Source: Verrucomicrobiota bacterium (GTDB taxonomy: Bacteria > Verrucomicrobiota > Verrucomicrobiia > Opitutales > Coraliomargaritaceae). Taken from it: DNA of 64,000 bases. The stretch spans positions 64,001 to 128,000 of the forward strand of contig JBCBZJ010000002.1 in the NCBI GenBank assembly GCA_039815375.1, given 5' to 3'. Position 1 is the first letter of the stretch, and every line of letters starts with the position of its first letter. Positions 1-11,112 of this stretch are shown here, one piece after another. The notes beneath the pieces are model-generated. The model saw only the letters and a list, made by a program, of their open reading frames with translations. It did no database searches and was not told the DNA's origin. A program made the position numbers and the translations under genes.

Positions 1-464
1 CATACAAAAGTGGGTTGCGGTATGCCTACTATGAGACACCTAAGTTTCAGCAGATACCCGATTTTTCGGCACTCAAACCTAAACGCACTGGATTTTCCAA
101 TGTAATTGAGATCGATGAAGTATCACCTCGAAAGAATTACTTTGCCGTTCAATTCACGGGGAAGATATTCTTGGAGCAGGCGGGTGAATGGGAGTTTTTT
201 CTGACCTCCGATGACGGCAGCAAGCTTACCATCAACGGCGAGACTTGGATTGACCTCGACGGTATTCATGCCCCGAAGACAGTGTCTCGGAAACTGAATC
301 TGAAAGCAGGTTTTCAAGATATTCAAGTTGATTACTTTCAAGGGCCTGGCGGGAAAAAGCTCCAACTTGAATATGCTGGACCGGGAGTCGCTCGTAAGTC
401 TGTTCCTGCAGCGCGCCTTTATCAGGGTGAAGGCATGAATGACATGGCAGTTGCTAGCAAATGA
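1..464 (+). CDS. PA14-domain protein, C-terminal part (5' end outside window)
   Basis: FAVQFTGKI..GEWEFFLTSDDGSKL..DGIH..DYFQ PA14 pattern; frame open from window start. Confidence 0.8.
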   Translation, partial: YKSGLRYAYYETPKFQQIPDFSALKPKRTGFSNVIEIDEVSPRKNYFAVQFTGKIFLEQAGEWEFFLTSDDGSKLTINGETWIDLDGIHAPKTVSRKLNLKAGFQDIQVDYFQGPGGKKLQLEYAGPGVARKSVPAARLYQGEGMNDMAVASK

Positions 465-527
465 TTTTGATTTTTGGTTAATTGGTTGACTTGGGAGACG
501 TATGCTTTCCACATCCTCTTGGATAAA

Positions 528-1085
528 ATGGAAAATAGCATCTTTCACAGGATTGCCAGTGGCGACAAAAATGCCATGCGAGATTGCGTTAAACTTTATG
601 GCAATCTCGTATGGTCCATCGCCAGAAAACATTTTCAGGATGCAGCATTAGCAGAAGACATCGTGCAGGAGATTTTTACAGAGTTATGGAGAAAAGCCGG
701 GAATTACCGGGCGGACAAAGCTACCGAAACTACCTTTGTGAGTCTTATTGCCCGCCGTCGATGCATCGACCAAATACGCAAAAACCAGCGACGTCCAAAA
801 TTTCAGCCATTACCGGAAACTAATTTTAACGGAGAACCATCAGTGGAAGCACCATCAGTCAATCGGCTTGATCGTGAGAACCTGACTCATGCGTTGGGAA
901 CCCTTTCCAATGATGTGAGAAATGTTCTAGAGCTATACTTTATCAAAGGTCACTCCCATGGGGATATCGCGAGGGATACAGGGTTACCTTTAGGCACCGT
1001 AAAAACAAGGATTCGTCGAGGTTTGATAGAACTTAGAAATTGTCTCCGAAAAATGGATACACCTCTTTTTCAAGCCAACACGTAA
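528..1085 (+). CDS. ECF RNA polymerase sigma factor (SigK-like)
   Basis: AEDIVQEIFTELW region 2; SHGDIARDTGLPLGTVKTRIRRGL region 4; ATG 528 preferred. Confidence 0.9.
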   Translation: MENSIFHRIASGDKNAMRDCVKLYGNLVWSIARKHFQDAALAEDIVQEIFTELWRKAGNYRADKATETTFVSLIARRRCIDQIRKNQRRPKFQPLPETNFNGEPSVEAPSVNRLDRENLTHALGTLSNDVRNVLELYFIKGHSHGDIARDTGLPLGTVKTRIRRGLIELRNCLRKMDTPLFQANT

Positions 1086-1091
1086 TGGAAT

Positions 1092-1901
1092 ATGTCTGAT
1101 TTCAAACATAGATATGAAGAGCTTAGAGCTGGTCAGGTTCTCAATGATCTTGATGATGCTGAGTTCGCGGATTTGGAACAACTATGTGGAGAGTTGGAGG
1201 ATTCATCGTCCTACGATCCCGAAATAGAGATGATCGCTGCGGCACTCGAGGGAGAATTGAGTGAAACTTATAATGAAACAGCTGTTCCGGATAAGTTGTC
1301 GCAGGCATTGATGGCCCAAGTTGAAACATTTACTAAAGGTGGTGAATCGCCGGTGGATTCGAATACAGAAGGTGAGAATGGTTCTGAGGAAGAGCGCAAG
1401 GATACTGTCTTGATGTTTATGGATGCTATGAGGCATCCGTTTGCAGGTTGGGGCGCAGCAGCAGCGATTCTCTTGTTGGCTTTCCTGCTGCCATCGACCA
1501 AAGAAGTTACTACTGCTAACTATCTGGCGGAGAGGTCAGTTTTGCTTGAGGACACTTCCAGTGTGGTTGCTGAGTTTCGAGGGCTGGATGGCTTTGAGGC
1601 TGCAAGAGGTTCCGTGGTTTGGAATAGAGGAGAGCAAAAAGGCTTTATGACTCTTGCTGGACTGCCATCAAATAATCCACTTGAGGCTCAATACCAGTTA
1701 TGGATTGTCGATCCTTCTCGGGATACCGAGCCAGTAGATGGTGGTGTTTTCGATATTCCAAAAGACGGCGGTGAAGCTGTGATTCCGATCGAAGCGAAAT
1801 TGCGAGTTGATCAACCTGTTTTGTTTCTTGTGACAAGAGAGAAACCGGGTGGAGTTGTTGTTTCGGATCAAGTTGTCAAGGTGGTACTTGCCGAAGTCTA
1901 G
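1092..1901 (+). CDS. Anti-sigma factor, RskA family
   Basis: Follows ECF sigma; TM segment; QYQLWI..PVDGGVFD..VTREKPGG RskA C-terminal motifs. Confidence 0.85.
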   Translation: MSDFKHRYEELRAGQVLNDLDDAEFADLEQLCGELEDSSSYDPEIEMIAAALEGELSETYNETAVPDKLSQALMAQVETFTKGGESPVDSNTEGENGSEEERKDTVLMFMDAMRHPFAGWGAAAAILLLAFLLPSTKEVTTANYLAERSVLLEDTSSVVAEFRGLDGFEAARGSVVWNRGEQKGFMTLAGLPSNNPLEAQYQLWIVDPSRDTEPVDGGVFDIPKDGGEAVIPIEAKLRVDQPVLFLVTREKPGGVVVSDQVVKVVLAEV

Positions 1902-2272
1902 GCATTGCGACTATTCTTACAGGCATTCCGTGTTCATTCTTACCCAACCCGTTTGTTTAGGACTCAATCCTGTCATCATATTTGCACGATTTGGGTTGTA
2001 TAAGGGCTGCTGACAGTAAGCATCGAAGTAATTCAATACCTTGCTTAAAAGTACGGGGTTTTTACCTCAGCATTGTCATAAGCTCGATATCCGTATTCGT
2101 GTCATTAACCGAAGCAAAGACTACATTGAGCGGTTTGTTTGCAGCAAAGATTTGTGTACCATGATCGTAATCGTGGAGAGATGAATCTCTGCATTCAGGA
2201 ATCTAAAAGCCACAAGGCTCGTTTTAGTTTTCTCTAACCATCAGATGTTTTGAGAAAGCTTCTAATATGTAA

Positions 2273-3847
2273 TTACTTTTTAAGCTTCTTACCCTTTTTC
2301 TTCTGTTCAGGTTTTAGAACATGATTCGCCACAGCCCACGCTTGCCACGAAGCGGACATTTGAGCAAGACGCTCTGGGTGCTCGGATGCGATATCGATGG
2401 TTTCGAAGGGGTCCTTGTTTAAGTCGTATAGAGTCCAGGTGCTATTGCCTACCCTGACAGCCTTCCAATTTTCAGATATGATTGAGCGCGACCGCCCGTG
2501 TTGAAAGAAGAATGCTCGTGAGGGCAGATCAGCACCCGCCATCGCCGGCACCAGACTAACACCGTCGGGCCCTGGAATCGCTTCCCCATTGAAGGCATCA
2601 GGATAATCGACCTTCGCCCAATCAAGACAGGTCGGTAAGATGTCAGTGATGTGGCTTGGCACCTGGCATAGTTGGCCGCGTTGTTTCGGAGACAGGCCTG
2701 GCGCGCGTACGATCAAGGGAGATCGGATCCCTCCATAGTAGGTGTCCGCCTTGTAGCTGCGAAAGGGAGTGTTACTCAATTCACCGCCCAACATGCCAAG
2801 CCGCTTGTCATCGCCTTGAGTAGGAGCCGAACCATTATCACTGAGAAAGAGGAAAACCGTGTTGTCATACATTCCACGCTGTTTGAGTGCTGTCACGAGG
2901 GCACCGATTCCATCATCGGCTATCTCAACCATCGCCGCATAGGTCGCCTTGTTGATAATCCAGTTTTCCTGCTGTTCGCTACTCAGGGAATCCCATGATG
3001 GACGACCGCCTTTGTATTGTTGGGCATGAGTCGGTAGGGACAGGTCTTGTTGGAAGAAACCGAGCTGCTGCAAACGTGCAAATCGCGCTTCACGCAAGGC
3101 ATCGTAACCTGGTTCATAAAGTTTCCGGCATGCCTCGATGCGATCCTCCGGAGCCTGCAACGGAGTGTGAGGTGCGTAATGGGCCAGATACAAGAACATC
3201 GGTTTCTTCGGATCGTGTTCCTCGATGTAATCAACAGACTGGTCACTGAGGGCTGTGGTAAAGTAGTAATCCGCATCTTTTTCAGTAATGCGTTCGCCAC
3301 TGCGAATCATGTATTTTGGTTTCCAATAGTTCTTCGGTCCGGTCAGGCTCCCGTAAGACTGGTCAAAGCCTCGATTTACGGGCCAGCTCCCGTTTGGCCC
3401 TGCTTCTAGGTCCTTCAAGTTGCTATCTAGAGTGACGTGCCACTTTCCAGCTAAATAAGTACCGTAGTCTGCTTGTTTAAGCAGTTCGGCGATTGTGGGT
3501 ATGGAGTCGGTCAATTGCCCACGATATCCAGGTAACTGCTCGTCACTATATGTCATAAATCCGAGGCCCACTGCATGTTGGTGTCTACCTGACAACAAGG
3601 CCGCTCGGCTCGGACAACAACGTCCTGCATTTTTAAATTGAGTGAAGCGTAGACCTTCCGCGGCCAGCGCATCTATATGAGGCGTCCTGATTTCTCCGCC
3701 GTAGCACCCTAGGTCTGAAAAGCCCATGTCATCAAACAGAACTAATACGATATGGGGCGCATCCTTCGACGGTTTTTCTGCTACTACTACCGTAGTCGTA
3801 ATCTGAAACGCCATTACGGCGACAGTCCAAAAGATCGTTTTATACAT
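2273..3847 (-). CDS. Arylsulfatase (formylglycine-dependent)
   Basis: Signal peptide, DDMGFSDLG, CCPSRAALLSG, GKWH, SDNG. Confidence 0.93.
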   Translation of the reverse strand: MYKTIFWTVAVMAFQITTTVVVAEKPSKDAPHIVLVLFDDMGFSDLGCYGGEIRTPHIDALAAEGLRFTQFKNAGRCCPSRAALLSGRHQHAVGLGFMTYSDEQLPGYRGQLTDSIPTIAELLKQADYGTYLAGKWHVTLDSNLKDLEAGPNGSWPVNRGFDQSYGSLTGPKNYWKPKYMIRSGERITEKDADYYFTTALSDQSVDYIEEHDPKKPMFLYLAHYAPHTPLQAPEDRIEACRKLYEPGYDALREARFARLQQLGFFQQDLSLPTHAQQYKGGRPSWDSLSSEQQENWIINKATYAAMVEIADDGIGALVTALKQRGMYDNTVFLFLSDNGSAPTQGDDKRLGMLGGELSNTPFRSYKADTYYGGIRSPLIVRAPGLSPKQRGQLCQVPSHITDILPTCLDWAKVDYPDAFNGEAIPGPDGVSLVPAMAGADLPSRAFFFQHGRSRSIISENWKAVRVGNSTWTLYDLNKDPFETIDIASEHPERLAQMSASWQAWAVANHVLKPEQKKKGKKLKK

Positions 3848-4372
3848 TTTAGTAATATCCTTTATCTCTTTCTCGGCCCTTTAAAATACTGATGGGTAAC
3901 TCAACGCACCACTTCTCTACAAGTTTCGACTGCTTGCCGAATACAATAAGCTAAGGATTCTATAAATTTGCACATGATTTGTATTTATAGACTCGATATG
4001 GCTATAAGAGACATGTCCATACAACATTGGTGTCATTGACTATCTGCAATATTCAAACAACGCAATTTCTTCAGATTCGGTATGAGTTCTCTTCCTCGTG
4101 AGATGATTCGGAACAACCGCACTGCATTTGAATGGGTAGCCTGCTTGTTTCTTAAGTATTTTTGCGCCAATGAATTATAGAGACAGCACTCGTGCATTCC
4201 GTTAAAGGACGACGCATCCAGGATCATGCCCTGGCAGCGTAAAGGTCTCTTTGCTCAAGGCTTTTTCTACATACGAGTCGGAGCGTTGTTTCAGGAAACT
4301 ATACAGCTTTGGTATTTTTTAGTTGGCGGAAATTGCCCTTGGCCTTTGTCTGATATGCTTTAAACCCAAGTT

Positions 4373-5164
4373 ATGAAGATATACCTCATTCTATTCTTTG
4401 CTGTTTCTGGCCTTTTTTCTACCTCGCTTCACACTTTCGCCGAAGAGGCCAAGCCGCTTAACATTTTGCTCATCAATGGCGGCTGTTGCCATGACTACGA
4501 TGCTCAAGGCCCTGTCATCAAGGCCATCGTTGAAACCAGTCTCAACGCCAAAGTGACAATTGCATCGAGCACCAACAAGACGGATGCTAGATTTAAACCC
4601 TTTGAGCAGGACAATTGGTCTGATGGCTACGATTTAGTCATCCACAACGAATGTTCGGCCAAAGTTAATGACAAAGAGTATGTTAATCGTATTCTCAAGG
4701 CCCATCTTGATGGTTTGCCCTCTCTCAATATTCACTGTGCGATGCATAGTTACCGCTGGGGTAGCTTCAAGAAGCCGGTCAAAATAGGCGACGACAACGC
4801 TGCTTGGTTCGAAATGATTGGACTTCAATCTTCCGGCCATGGTCCTAGGTTTCCGATCAATGTGAAGTATCTTAAAGATACTCATCCAATCACCGAGGGG
4901 CTAGAGGATTGGGTTACCCCTAGGGGAGAACTCTACAACAATGTCCAAATCTTTGATAGTGCGACGCCGCTGGCCATGGGCAGTCAGACCCTCAAGGACG
5001 GGGAAATGGCCGAAGCGGTTGTTGCCTGGACCAATCTTTACGGTCCCAACAAAACTAAAATCTTCTCTATTTCCATCGGCCACTCCAGCGAAGAAATGCT
5101 GGACGAAAGCTTCGGACTGCTGCTCAGTCGGGGAATTCTTTGGTGCGTCGGCGAGCTCGATTAA
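4373..5164 (+). CDS. ThuA-like domain secreted protein
   Basis: Signal peptide; GGCCHDY, HPIT, ELY, SIGH motifs. Confidence 0.8.
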   Translation: MKIYLILFFAVSGLFSTSLHTFAEEAKPLNILLINGGCCHDYDAQGPVIKAIVETSLNAKVTIASSTNKTDARFKPFEQDNWSDGYDLVIHNECSAKVNDKEYVNRILKAHLDGLPSLNIHCAMHSYRWGSFKKPVKIGDDNAAWFEMIGLQSSGHGPRFPINVKYLKDTHPITEGLEDWVTPRGELYNNVQIFDSATPLAMGSQTLKDGEMAEAVVAWTNLYGPNKTKIFSISIGHSSEEMLDESFGLLLSRGILWCVGELD

Positions 5165-5471
5165 GACGGTATGCCCACCTAGGGTTATTCACTTACGAGG
5201 CTCAAACGATCAAAGTAGTTGTAAAAGATTCCTTAGTCTTGAGCTTTTTGAGTGTTATTGGCCTCTAATAGGGGCCTCTATTAAGCTTAAGAGTCTCGAT
5301 CTTGATTACTCCGAACTCCAGAAGCACCTAAAGGGCCTTAGCTCGTTAGAGAGCCAAGGACACCGCTTTTTTATCCAGTTGCCAGTTTAGGATAAAAAGA
5401 TGATATGCTTGAAGTGTTGTTTATCACCACTGACAGCCCCACGCATTTCATTTTATAGCCCATTTATATGT

Positions 5472-6845
5472 ATGTCGTCGTTTCTTGTTACTATCCTAGC
5501 AGTGAGATTTCAGCGATTCTTTACCATTCTCGTTGGTGTATTCCTTGCTTTTGCAGGTATTAGTTCTGTTGCCTTGGCGGAGAAGCCCCTAATCCGTGAT
5601 TTCATAGGCTTGAATGGGCACTTTCATTTCAAGCCGGAATTGTATGCGCCCACCTGTCGTCTGGTCAGGAACTATCACAACATTAATTGGGATGTCGCTA
5701 CCCCGGGCGATCCGATTAATTTTCCTGTCTGTGTCAACAAGGTCAACTGGAACACGGTCTATGGCGCATGGGCCAGGAAGGGCTTTGATACCAATGTTTG
5801 CCTGATGTTCGGTAGCTTTGGTCCACCGCATAGGAAAGACTATCAGAAGCTTTGGAGAGATAATCTGAATTGGGCTGAGGACTACGGTTATGAGGTGGCT
5901 CGCGGATTAAGTAATGGGAGCTTAGCCACCTCGATCGAGATAGGGAATGAACCGGGAGTTGAGTTCGATGATTTACTTTTCCAGGATGTATTTACGCGCA
6001 TTGCGAAGGGGGTGAGGCGTGCCGATCCTGAGATGAAGATCATCACCTGCACGGCGCATTTAGCTCAGGCTGACAAATACCATAAAGATTTGCGCGAGAC
6101 CTTTGCCTCACCCGGTATACAAGAGCTCTTTGATGTGATCAGTGTGCACGTCTACTCGGAGAAGTTGGAGAAGGACCAGGCACATCCCTGGGAGCGCAGC
6201 TATCCGGAAGATCCGGAAATTGACTACCTTACTAGAGTAAAGGATGTCATCGCCTGGCGTGACGCGCATGTGCCTGAAAAAGAAATCTGGATTACCGAAT
6301 TCGGCTATGATGCCTGCACGGATAGAGCGATGGAGAGGCGTGAAGGGTGGTTCGAGAAACTTGGTTGGATGGGGCAAACCGAACTTCAACAGGCCCAGTG
6401 GCTGGTTCGCTCCTTACTCTGCTTTTCGGCGCTCGAAGTTGATCGGTCCTATATCTATTTCTACGATGATAAGGACAAGGCTTCGGTCCACGCGGCCTCG
6501 GGTTTGACTCGCAACTTCGAACCAAAGCCCGCGTATTGGGCAGTAAAACAGTTTTATGAATTACTTGGCGAGTATCGCTTGAATCGTGTCATCCGTGAGG
6601 AAGTGGGCGAGCTATACGTCTACGAGTATATTAACGATGTGTCTGGCTTGCTCTGGGTGCTCTGGTCGCCGACAGGGCATGAACGCAGTTACAACCTAAC
6701 CCTCAGGCAGTTTCCCTCTCGAAAGTTCAAGCTTTACGGTATGGCCACCACCGATGGACCCGCTCCTTCGGTTATCCATGAGCGAGTGGGGCAGAGCCTT
6801 AGTCTGGAAGTTGGCGAAAGCCCGGTGTACGTGCGTTTCGACTAG
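5472..6845 (+). CDS. Putative clan GH-A glycoside hydrolase (TIM barrel), secreted
   Basis: IEIGNEP (acid/base), ISVHVY, IWITEFGY (nucleophile); start uncertain (5400/5472). Confidence 0.65.
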   Translation: MSSFLVTILAVRFQRFFTILVGVFLAFAGISSVALAEKPLIRDFIGLNGHFHFKPELYAPTCRLVRNYHNINWDVATPGDPINFPVCVNKVNWNTVYGAWARKGFDTNVCLMFGSFGPPHRKDYQKLWRDNLNWAEDYGYEVARGLSNGSLATSIEIGNEPGVEFDDLLFQDVFTRIAKGVRRADPEMKIITCTAHLAQADKYHKDLRETFASPGIQELFDVISVHVYSEKLEKDQAHPWERSYPEDPEIDYLTRVKDVIAWRDAHVPEKEIWITEFGYDACTDRAMERREGWFEKLGWMGQTELQQAQWLVRSLLCFSALEVDRSYIYFYDDKDKASVHAASGLTRNFEPKPAYWAVKQFYELLGEYRLNRVIREEVGELYVYEYINDVSGLLWVLWSPTGHERSYNLTLRQFPSRKFKLYGMATTDGPAPSVIHERVGQSLSLEVGESPVYVRFD

Positions 6846-7457
6846 ATCGCATGGGGTAGATGAGTGTTTGAGTATTTGCCTGTGAGCTATTTTCCAATCC
6901 GGCTAGTTACTGTCATTTCCCTCAAGGTTTTTGTTTAAGTAGGGATGAAAGACGGAAAAAGTGTTTTGCTGGCTCAAATGATTCATTCAGGTTCAGGTGA
7001 GCAAATTTTTGTTATTCTCGAGGATGCGGCTGATGTTCTTTTTGATGGCATAAAGTCGTAGCCCTTTCGGAAGGGGATATCTTTTGCGTGCTATCGTTAA
7101 TCGATAAGCAACCTGTCGGATACGGATATTGTTGTGGCCGCTTCAGAAAGGCATGTGATGGTCGATTTGCTTCGCTTCATCTTTGGCGCACAGCCGGACC
7201 CCTATGCTGTATTCAATATTCTCAAGTGACTAACGGCAAGAATCAGGTTGTGAACCGATTACTTGCATCGGATCGAAAATAGGATAATTAAAAAGCAAAG
7301 CGGGTAAAAACGTCAGAAACATACTTCGTTTCTTTTTTTGGATGGTAGTCGGAGATAGCAGGCAACTTATAGAGAGCGATCTCACCAAATGATTGAATAG
7401 TTGGATATAATTTTCTCAAACTAACACTTTGAATGCCTTTCTAATCTGCGCAGATCA

Positions 7458-8330
7458 ATGGCATCGGTATCATTTTCATATTTTTTGGGTTGTCCCGCTT
7501 GGAGCACTCCCGAGTGGCGTGGTACCTTTTTGCCAAATGGCACACCACAAGCTGCCTTCCTGCGCGAGTATTCAAAAGTCTTCAACGCTGTGGAAGGAAA
7601 CTCCTTTTTCTATGCACTACCAAAGCTGGATATTATCGAGCGTTGGGCTTCAGAAAGTGCAAAAGGTTTTGAGTTTTGTATGAAGGTGCCTCGGGATATA
7701 TCTCATGCGTCACGGCTGGGTGGTAATATAGGCATTTATGAGCAATTGATTACCCGACTGCGTATATTGAAGGAAGCGAATCGGCTTGGGCCGACATTCT
7801 TACAGCTTCATCATAGTTTTGGGCCAATTCGACTAGGGGAGCTTGATCGCTTTATCGAAGCATGGCCAAACGATTTACCTCTTGCGGTTGAGGTAAGGCA
7901 CAAGTCCTTTTTTGAATCAGGTTCGGCCGAATCGGAACTCAAACACTTATTGGAAGGGCATCACGTGGATCGTGTTGTTTTTGATAGTCGTGCCCTTTTT
8001 CAGAAACCACCGAGTGATCCATTCGAGGAGAAATCGCAGAGCCGTAAACCAAATTTGCCTGTGCGTTGGCAGGCAACCGGGCAACGGCCCTTTGTCCGCT
8101 TTGTTGGGCGGAACGATCCAGAGCAAGTCGACCCTTGGCAGACTGAATTGGCGAAGGTTGTTGCAGATTGGATTCTAAGCGGGAAAAAGCCCTATGTCTT
8201 TATGCACGCACCAGACGATACCTTCGCGCCATCTCTGTGTGCTAGATTCCACGACAGAGTCCGCGAGTATCTACCTAAACTCCCGAAAATTACCATGCCT
8301 TACTTAGAGACACAGTTAGATCTGTTTTAA
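7458..8330 (+). CDS. DUF72 (YecE-like) protein
   Basis: LGCPAW, VEGNSFFYALP, KVPRDISH, AVEVRH, FMHAPDD. Confidence 0.9.
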   Translation: MASVSFSYFLGCPAWSTPEWRGTFLPNGTPQAAFLREYSKVFNAVEGNSFFYALPKLDIIERWASESAKGFEFCMKVPRDISHASRLGGNIGIYEQLITRLRILKEANRLGPTFLQLHHSFGPIRLGELDRFIEAWPNDLPLAVEVRHKSFFESGSAESELKHLLEGHHVDRVVFDSRALFQKPPSDPFEEKSQSRKPNLPVRWQATGQRPFVRFVGRNDPEQVDPWQTELAKVVADWILSGKKPYVFMHAPDDTFAPSLCARFHDRVREYLPKLPKITMPYLETQLDLF

Positions 8331-8945
8331 TCCGGATTATGTGATAGGACGAGTAAGCTGCTGAGCTTCCTATTTGGTGTATTTGCTGCCAAAGTTATGC
8401 TTCCGCTCTTTAAAACTGCCACTCTTGGTTTGGTGTCTTGTGAACGAGGGAACAAAAGATGACCGGAAAAGAAGTTGCTAGGAGTGATAAACTAGAGGCC
8501 TAGTCATGTCATCTTTTTTGATTAGATAAAAAGGCTGGTCTTCGCAATCTTGCTAGCACCGGCCTTAGGACTGGAAAAAAACGAGAATGTGTTTCGACTA
8601 GAGTCTACCGCGTGTCGAGAAGCGTGCATTGATCGGAGCGCCAACGGTCGCCTTGTGAGCTCGGATAGTATTCCTCGTCGAAGATGTTCTCTACGTTCAC
8701 TTGAAAGCGCAGGTTCTCGTGTATGTTGAAATAGGCTGCGGCATCGAAACGAACGAAGCCTGGTAGCCTTGTGTCTTCGTTGTTTGTGATAAAGCTTTCA
8801 TCTTGTTAGATCGCTCCAAGACCAAGTCCGATTTGTGCGCTGACCTTGTATAGATTCCAGACCGAGAAGGTGTGCTCTAAAAACCCCTTTCGTGCCATCC
8901 TAATCTACTTCACTTCCAATTCGTCAATTTATACTTAGAATATAG

Positions 8946-9009
8946 TATATTAAATAAACGTTATTTTTTTAATTGTATTAATTTTTTTAGTTATATTAAA
9001 TAAACGTTA
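8946..9009 (+). promoter_or_regulatory. Exact 18-bp direct repeat TATATTAAATAAACGTTA (8946-8963, 8992-9009) in AT-rich region upstream of a PEP-CTERM gene
   Basis: Repeat seen directly; regulatory role inferred. Confidence 0.5.
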
Positions 9010-9031
9010 GATAAGATTTACCCTTATACTA

Positions 9032-9829
9032 ATGGCCCGATATCTAGCTATTGCCGCTTTTGCGTTGTCTGCTTGCCCGTTTGCATGTGCAATTGTAATT
9101 GATTTGGATTTTTCTGGAGGTTCCGTGAATTACTCTAATCCGAACCAGACCTTGGTAATCATTTACTCAGATATTGCTAACGGGGTTGGGGCCCCAAATC
9201 TTGACCTTAGGCTAGAAGCGCTGACGACTTATATTCCTAACAGTGCTGCCGCAGCAAATAATCAGAACGGATCCGTCTCAAACAGCGATGATTTGAAGCT
9301 TCATCTTGATTCCGGTCAGTCCACCCGTTTCCGGTTTTCGATCTTCAACGGGGGCACTGAAACTCTTTACGACCCCGGCGTAGATTACTCCTACGATTTT
9401 GTCATGTACGACATTGATGGCAATACCAGCAATCCTCGTGGAGCGGACAGTGTAACCTTTTATACGCCTTTAACTTATACAGTCACCGACACTACATCTA
9501 TTGATGTTATGCAGTCTGGTAATGCGATTACCTTTACTGGAACTGCCGGGTCAGTTGCTGGAAATGAGGGGCTCTCCAGCTTTGCGAATCAGGATCAGGA
9601 AGACGCCTCCGTCAGTATTGTTATCTCAAATACGAGTCAGTTTGAATTTGATTTTGCGACACCTCAAGATGTCCCTGCGGATGAGGGTGGACGTAACCTC
9701 CTGATTGATCCGGGAAGCTTGGCGGTTGATGGTGATCCAGTGGTTTTTGTCCCTGAAATGAGTTTTACCTCTGCTATATTGGGAATTTTCGCTGCCTTTG
9801 TGGCCAGCCGTAGGCGTGCAATCGGCTGA
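9032..9829 (+). CDS. PEP-CTERM-like sorting-domain surface protein (VPEM variant)
   Basis: Signal peptide; acidic S/T/N-rich body; C-terminal VPEMS-TM-SRRR. Confidence 0.8.
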   Translation: MARYLAIAAFALSACPFACAIVIDLDFSGGSVNYSNPNQTLVIIYSDIANGVGAPNLDLRLEALTTYIPNSAAAANNQNGSVSNSDDLKLHLDSGQSTRFRFSIFNGGTETLYDPGVDYSYDFVMYDIDGNTSNPRGADSVTFYTPLTYTVTDTTSIDVMQSGNAITFTGTAGSVAGNEGLSSFANQDQEDASVSIVISNTSQFEFDFATPQDVPADEGGRNLLIDPGSLAVDGDPVVFVPEMSFTSAILGIFAAFVASRRRAIG

Positions 9830-9926
9830 GTCAAAATAAAGATGATATAGGTATTGGCCTAGGGGTTGTTTGGCTCCTGCGCAAACCTCGGCGGAAATGC
9901 TAATGTCAAGTCCTCTTTTTTATTCC

Positions 9927-10496
9927 TCAGTTTAGAGCATTTAATAAGTCCTCGGGTGCAAGACGCTCTCTATAGTTTGCATTGAAATGCCTGAAAGTGA
10001 CGCGACCATCAGCATCGATAATGTAGACAGCAGGTACTGGCAGCGTTTGATTCTTTTGCATCCATTTGCTGTATGATTCAAAAGCTAGGCCAAATGCTCT
10101 GGTTGTGGACAAGTTCGAGTCTGAATAAATGCTGTAGTTAAATTCAGTCTCACCGGCGTATTTTTTTGCGCCTTCTGGCAGATCCGGAGAGATGGCAATG
10201 ATACGGTAGTCCTTTTTCAGGATGGTTTGTTCATGATGGCCGACAGCTGCCAAATGCTTGGTGCAATAAGGACACCAACTGCCTCTGTAGAAAATGATAA
10301 TAACTTTCCCTTCTCCGATCACATCACTCAATGAAACTGTATCGCCTTTGACTGTGATCAATTCCGCTTCAGGGACCATGCTGCCTACTTCGATCGGGTT
10401 TACGTTCAACGGGTCATTCGGTACGGCACCGGATAGATAAGTTGCTGATGTACAGCCTAGTAGAAAAAGTAGAGATATTTTGAGTTTATTCAGCAT
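9927..10496 (-). CDS. AhpC/TSA-family peroxiredoxin-like redoxin, exported
   Basis: FYRGSWCPYC, AISPD, PVPAVYIID; start at MLNKLK. Confidence 0.85.
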   Translation of the reverse strand: MLNKLKISLLFLLGCTSATYLSGAVPNDPLNVNPIEVGSMVPEAELITVKGDTVSLSDVIGEGKVIIIFYRGSWCPYCTKHLAAVGHHEQTILKKDYRIIAISPDLPEGAKKYAGETEFNYSIYSDSNLSTTRAFGLAFESYSKWMQKNQTLPVPAVYIIDADGRVTFRHFNANYRERLAPEDLLNALN

Positions 10497-10842
10497 ACTG
10501 CAGTTCGAGCGTAAATACATAGATTTATTCCATCTTATGCAGATGAGATGCAAGAAGAGATGAGAATCCAAAAGATCAAAGGTAATGATATGATCCATTG
10601 TTCTCCCTGGTTTGAGTGGGTCAGGATTTTTCCGAAGGTGTCGACGCCTATTAGGGCACGACTTGCTCCAGATGACCTTGCACGCTTTTGCCGATAGCTT
10701 TGGGGAGCAACTCGGCTTTGTGTAGTTCAAAGATAGCGAAAGTGGATTCGAGGTTTTATATGAAATAAAATCGGGTTCTGCTTCTCTAAAGTTCAGACAA
10801 ACAACGCCCGCCCATACGTGTTACTTAATTCTATTCGATACT

Positions 10843-11112
10843 ATGAGAAAAAATATTCATATCCTCGTATTCGCTTTGTTTGTTGGCGCCAGCTCTCACG
10901 CTACTTCTCACCACAGGTTTGGAGGGTATTCAAAGTCGTCACATGTTTATTCAAAATACAAGCACAGTAACTCCATTTCGAAGTTTTATTCACAAAAGCG
11001 ATACTCTGCACCTTCGAAGAAACGGTATTTGAATGACTCGAGGTTTAGCTCATCAAAAGGTCGGTATTCTTACCGTAGTTTCAAACGTGGCTATCGATGC
11101 CGACGGAGATAA
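10843..11112 (+). CDS. Small secreted basic Ser/Tyr/Lys/Arg-rich protein
   Basis: ATG, signal peptide (..ASSHA), low-complexity cationic mature part. Confidence 0.5.
   Translation: MRKNIHILVFALFVGASSHATSHHRFGGYSKSSHVYSKYKHSNSISKFYSQKRYSAPSKKRYLNDSRFSSSKGRYSYRSFKRGYRCRRR

Noticed and set aside
6900..7300. Possible decayed GNAT-like pseudogene
   Set aside because: Only faint motif resemblance with multiple stops; cannot be supported
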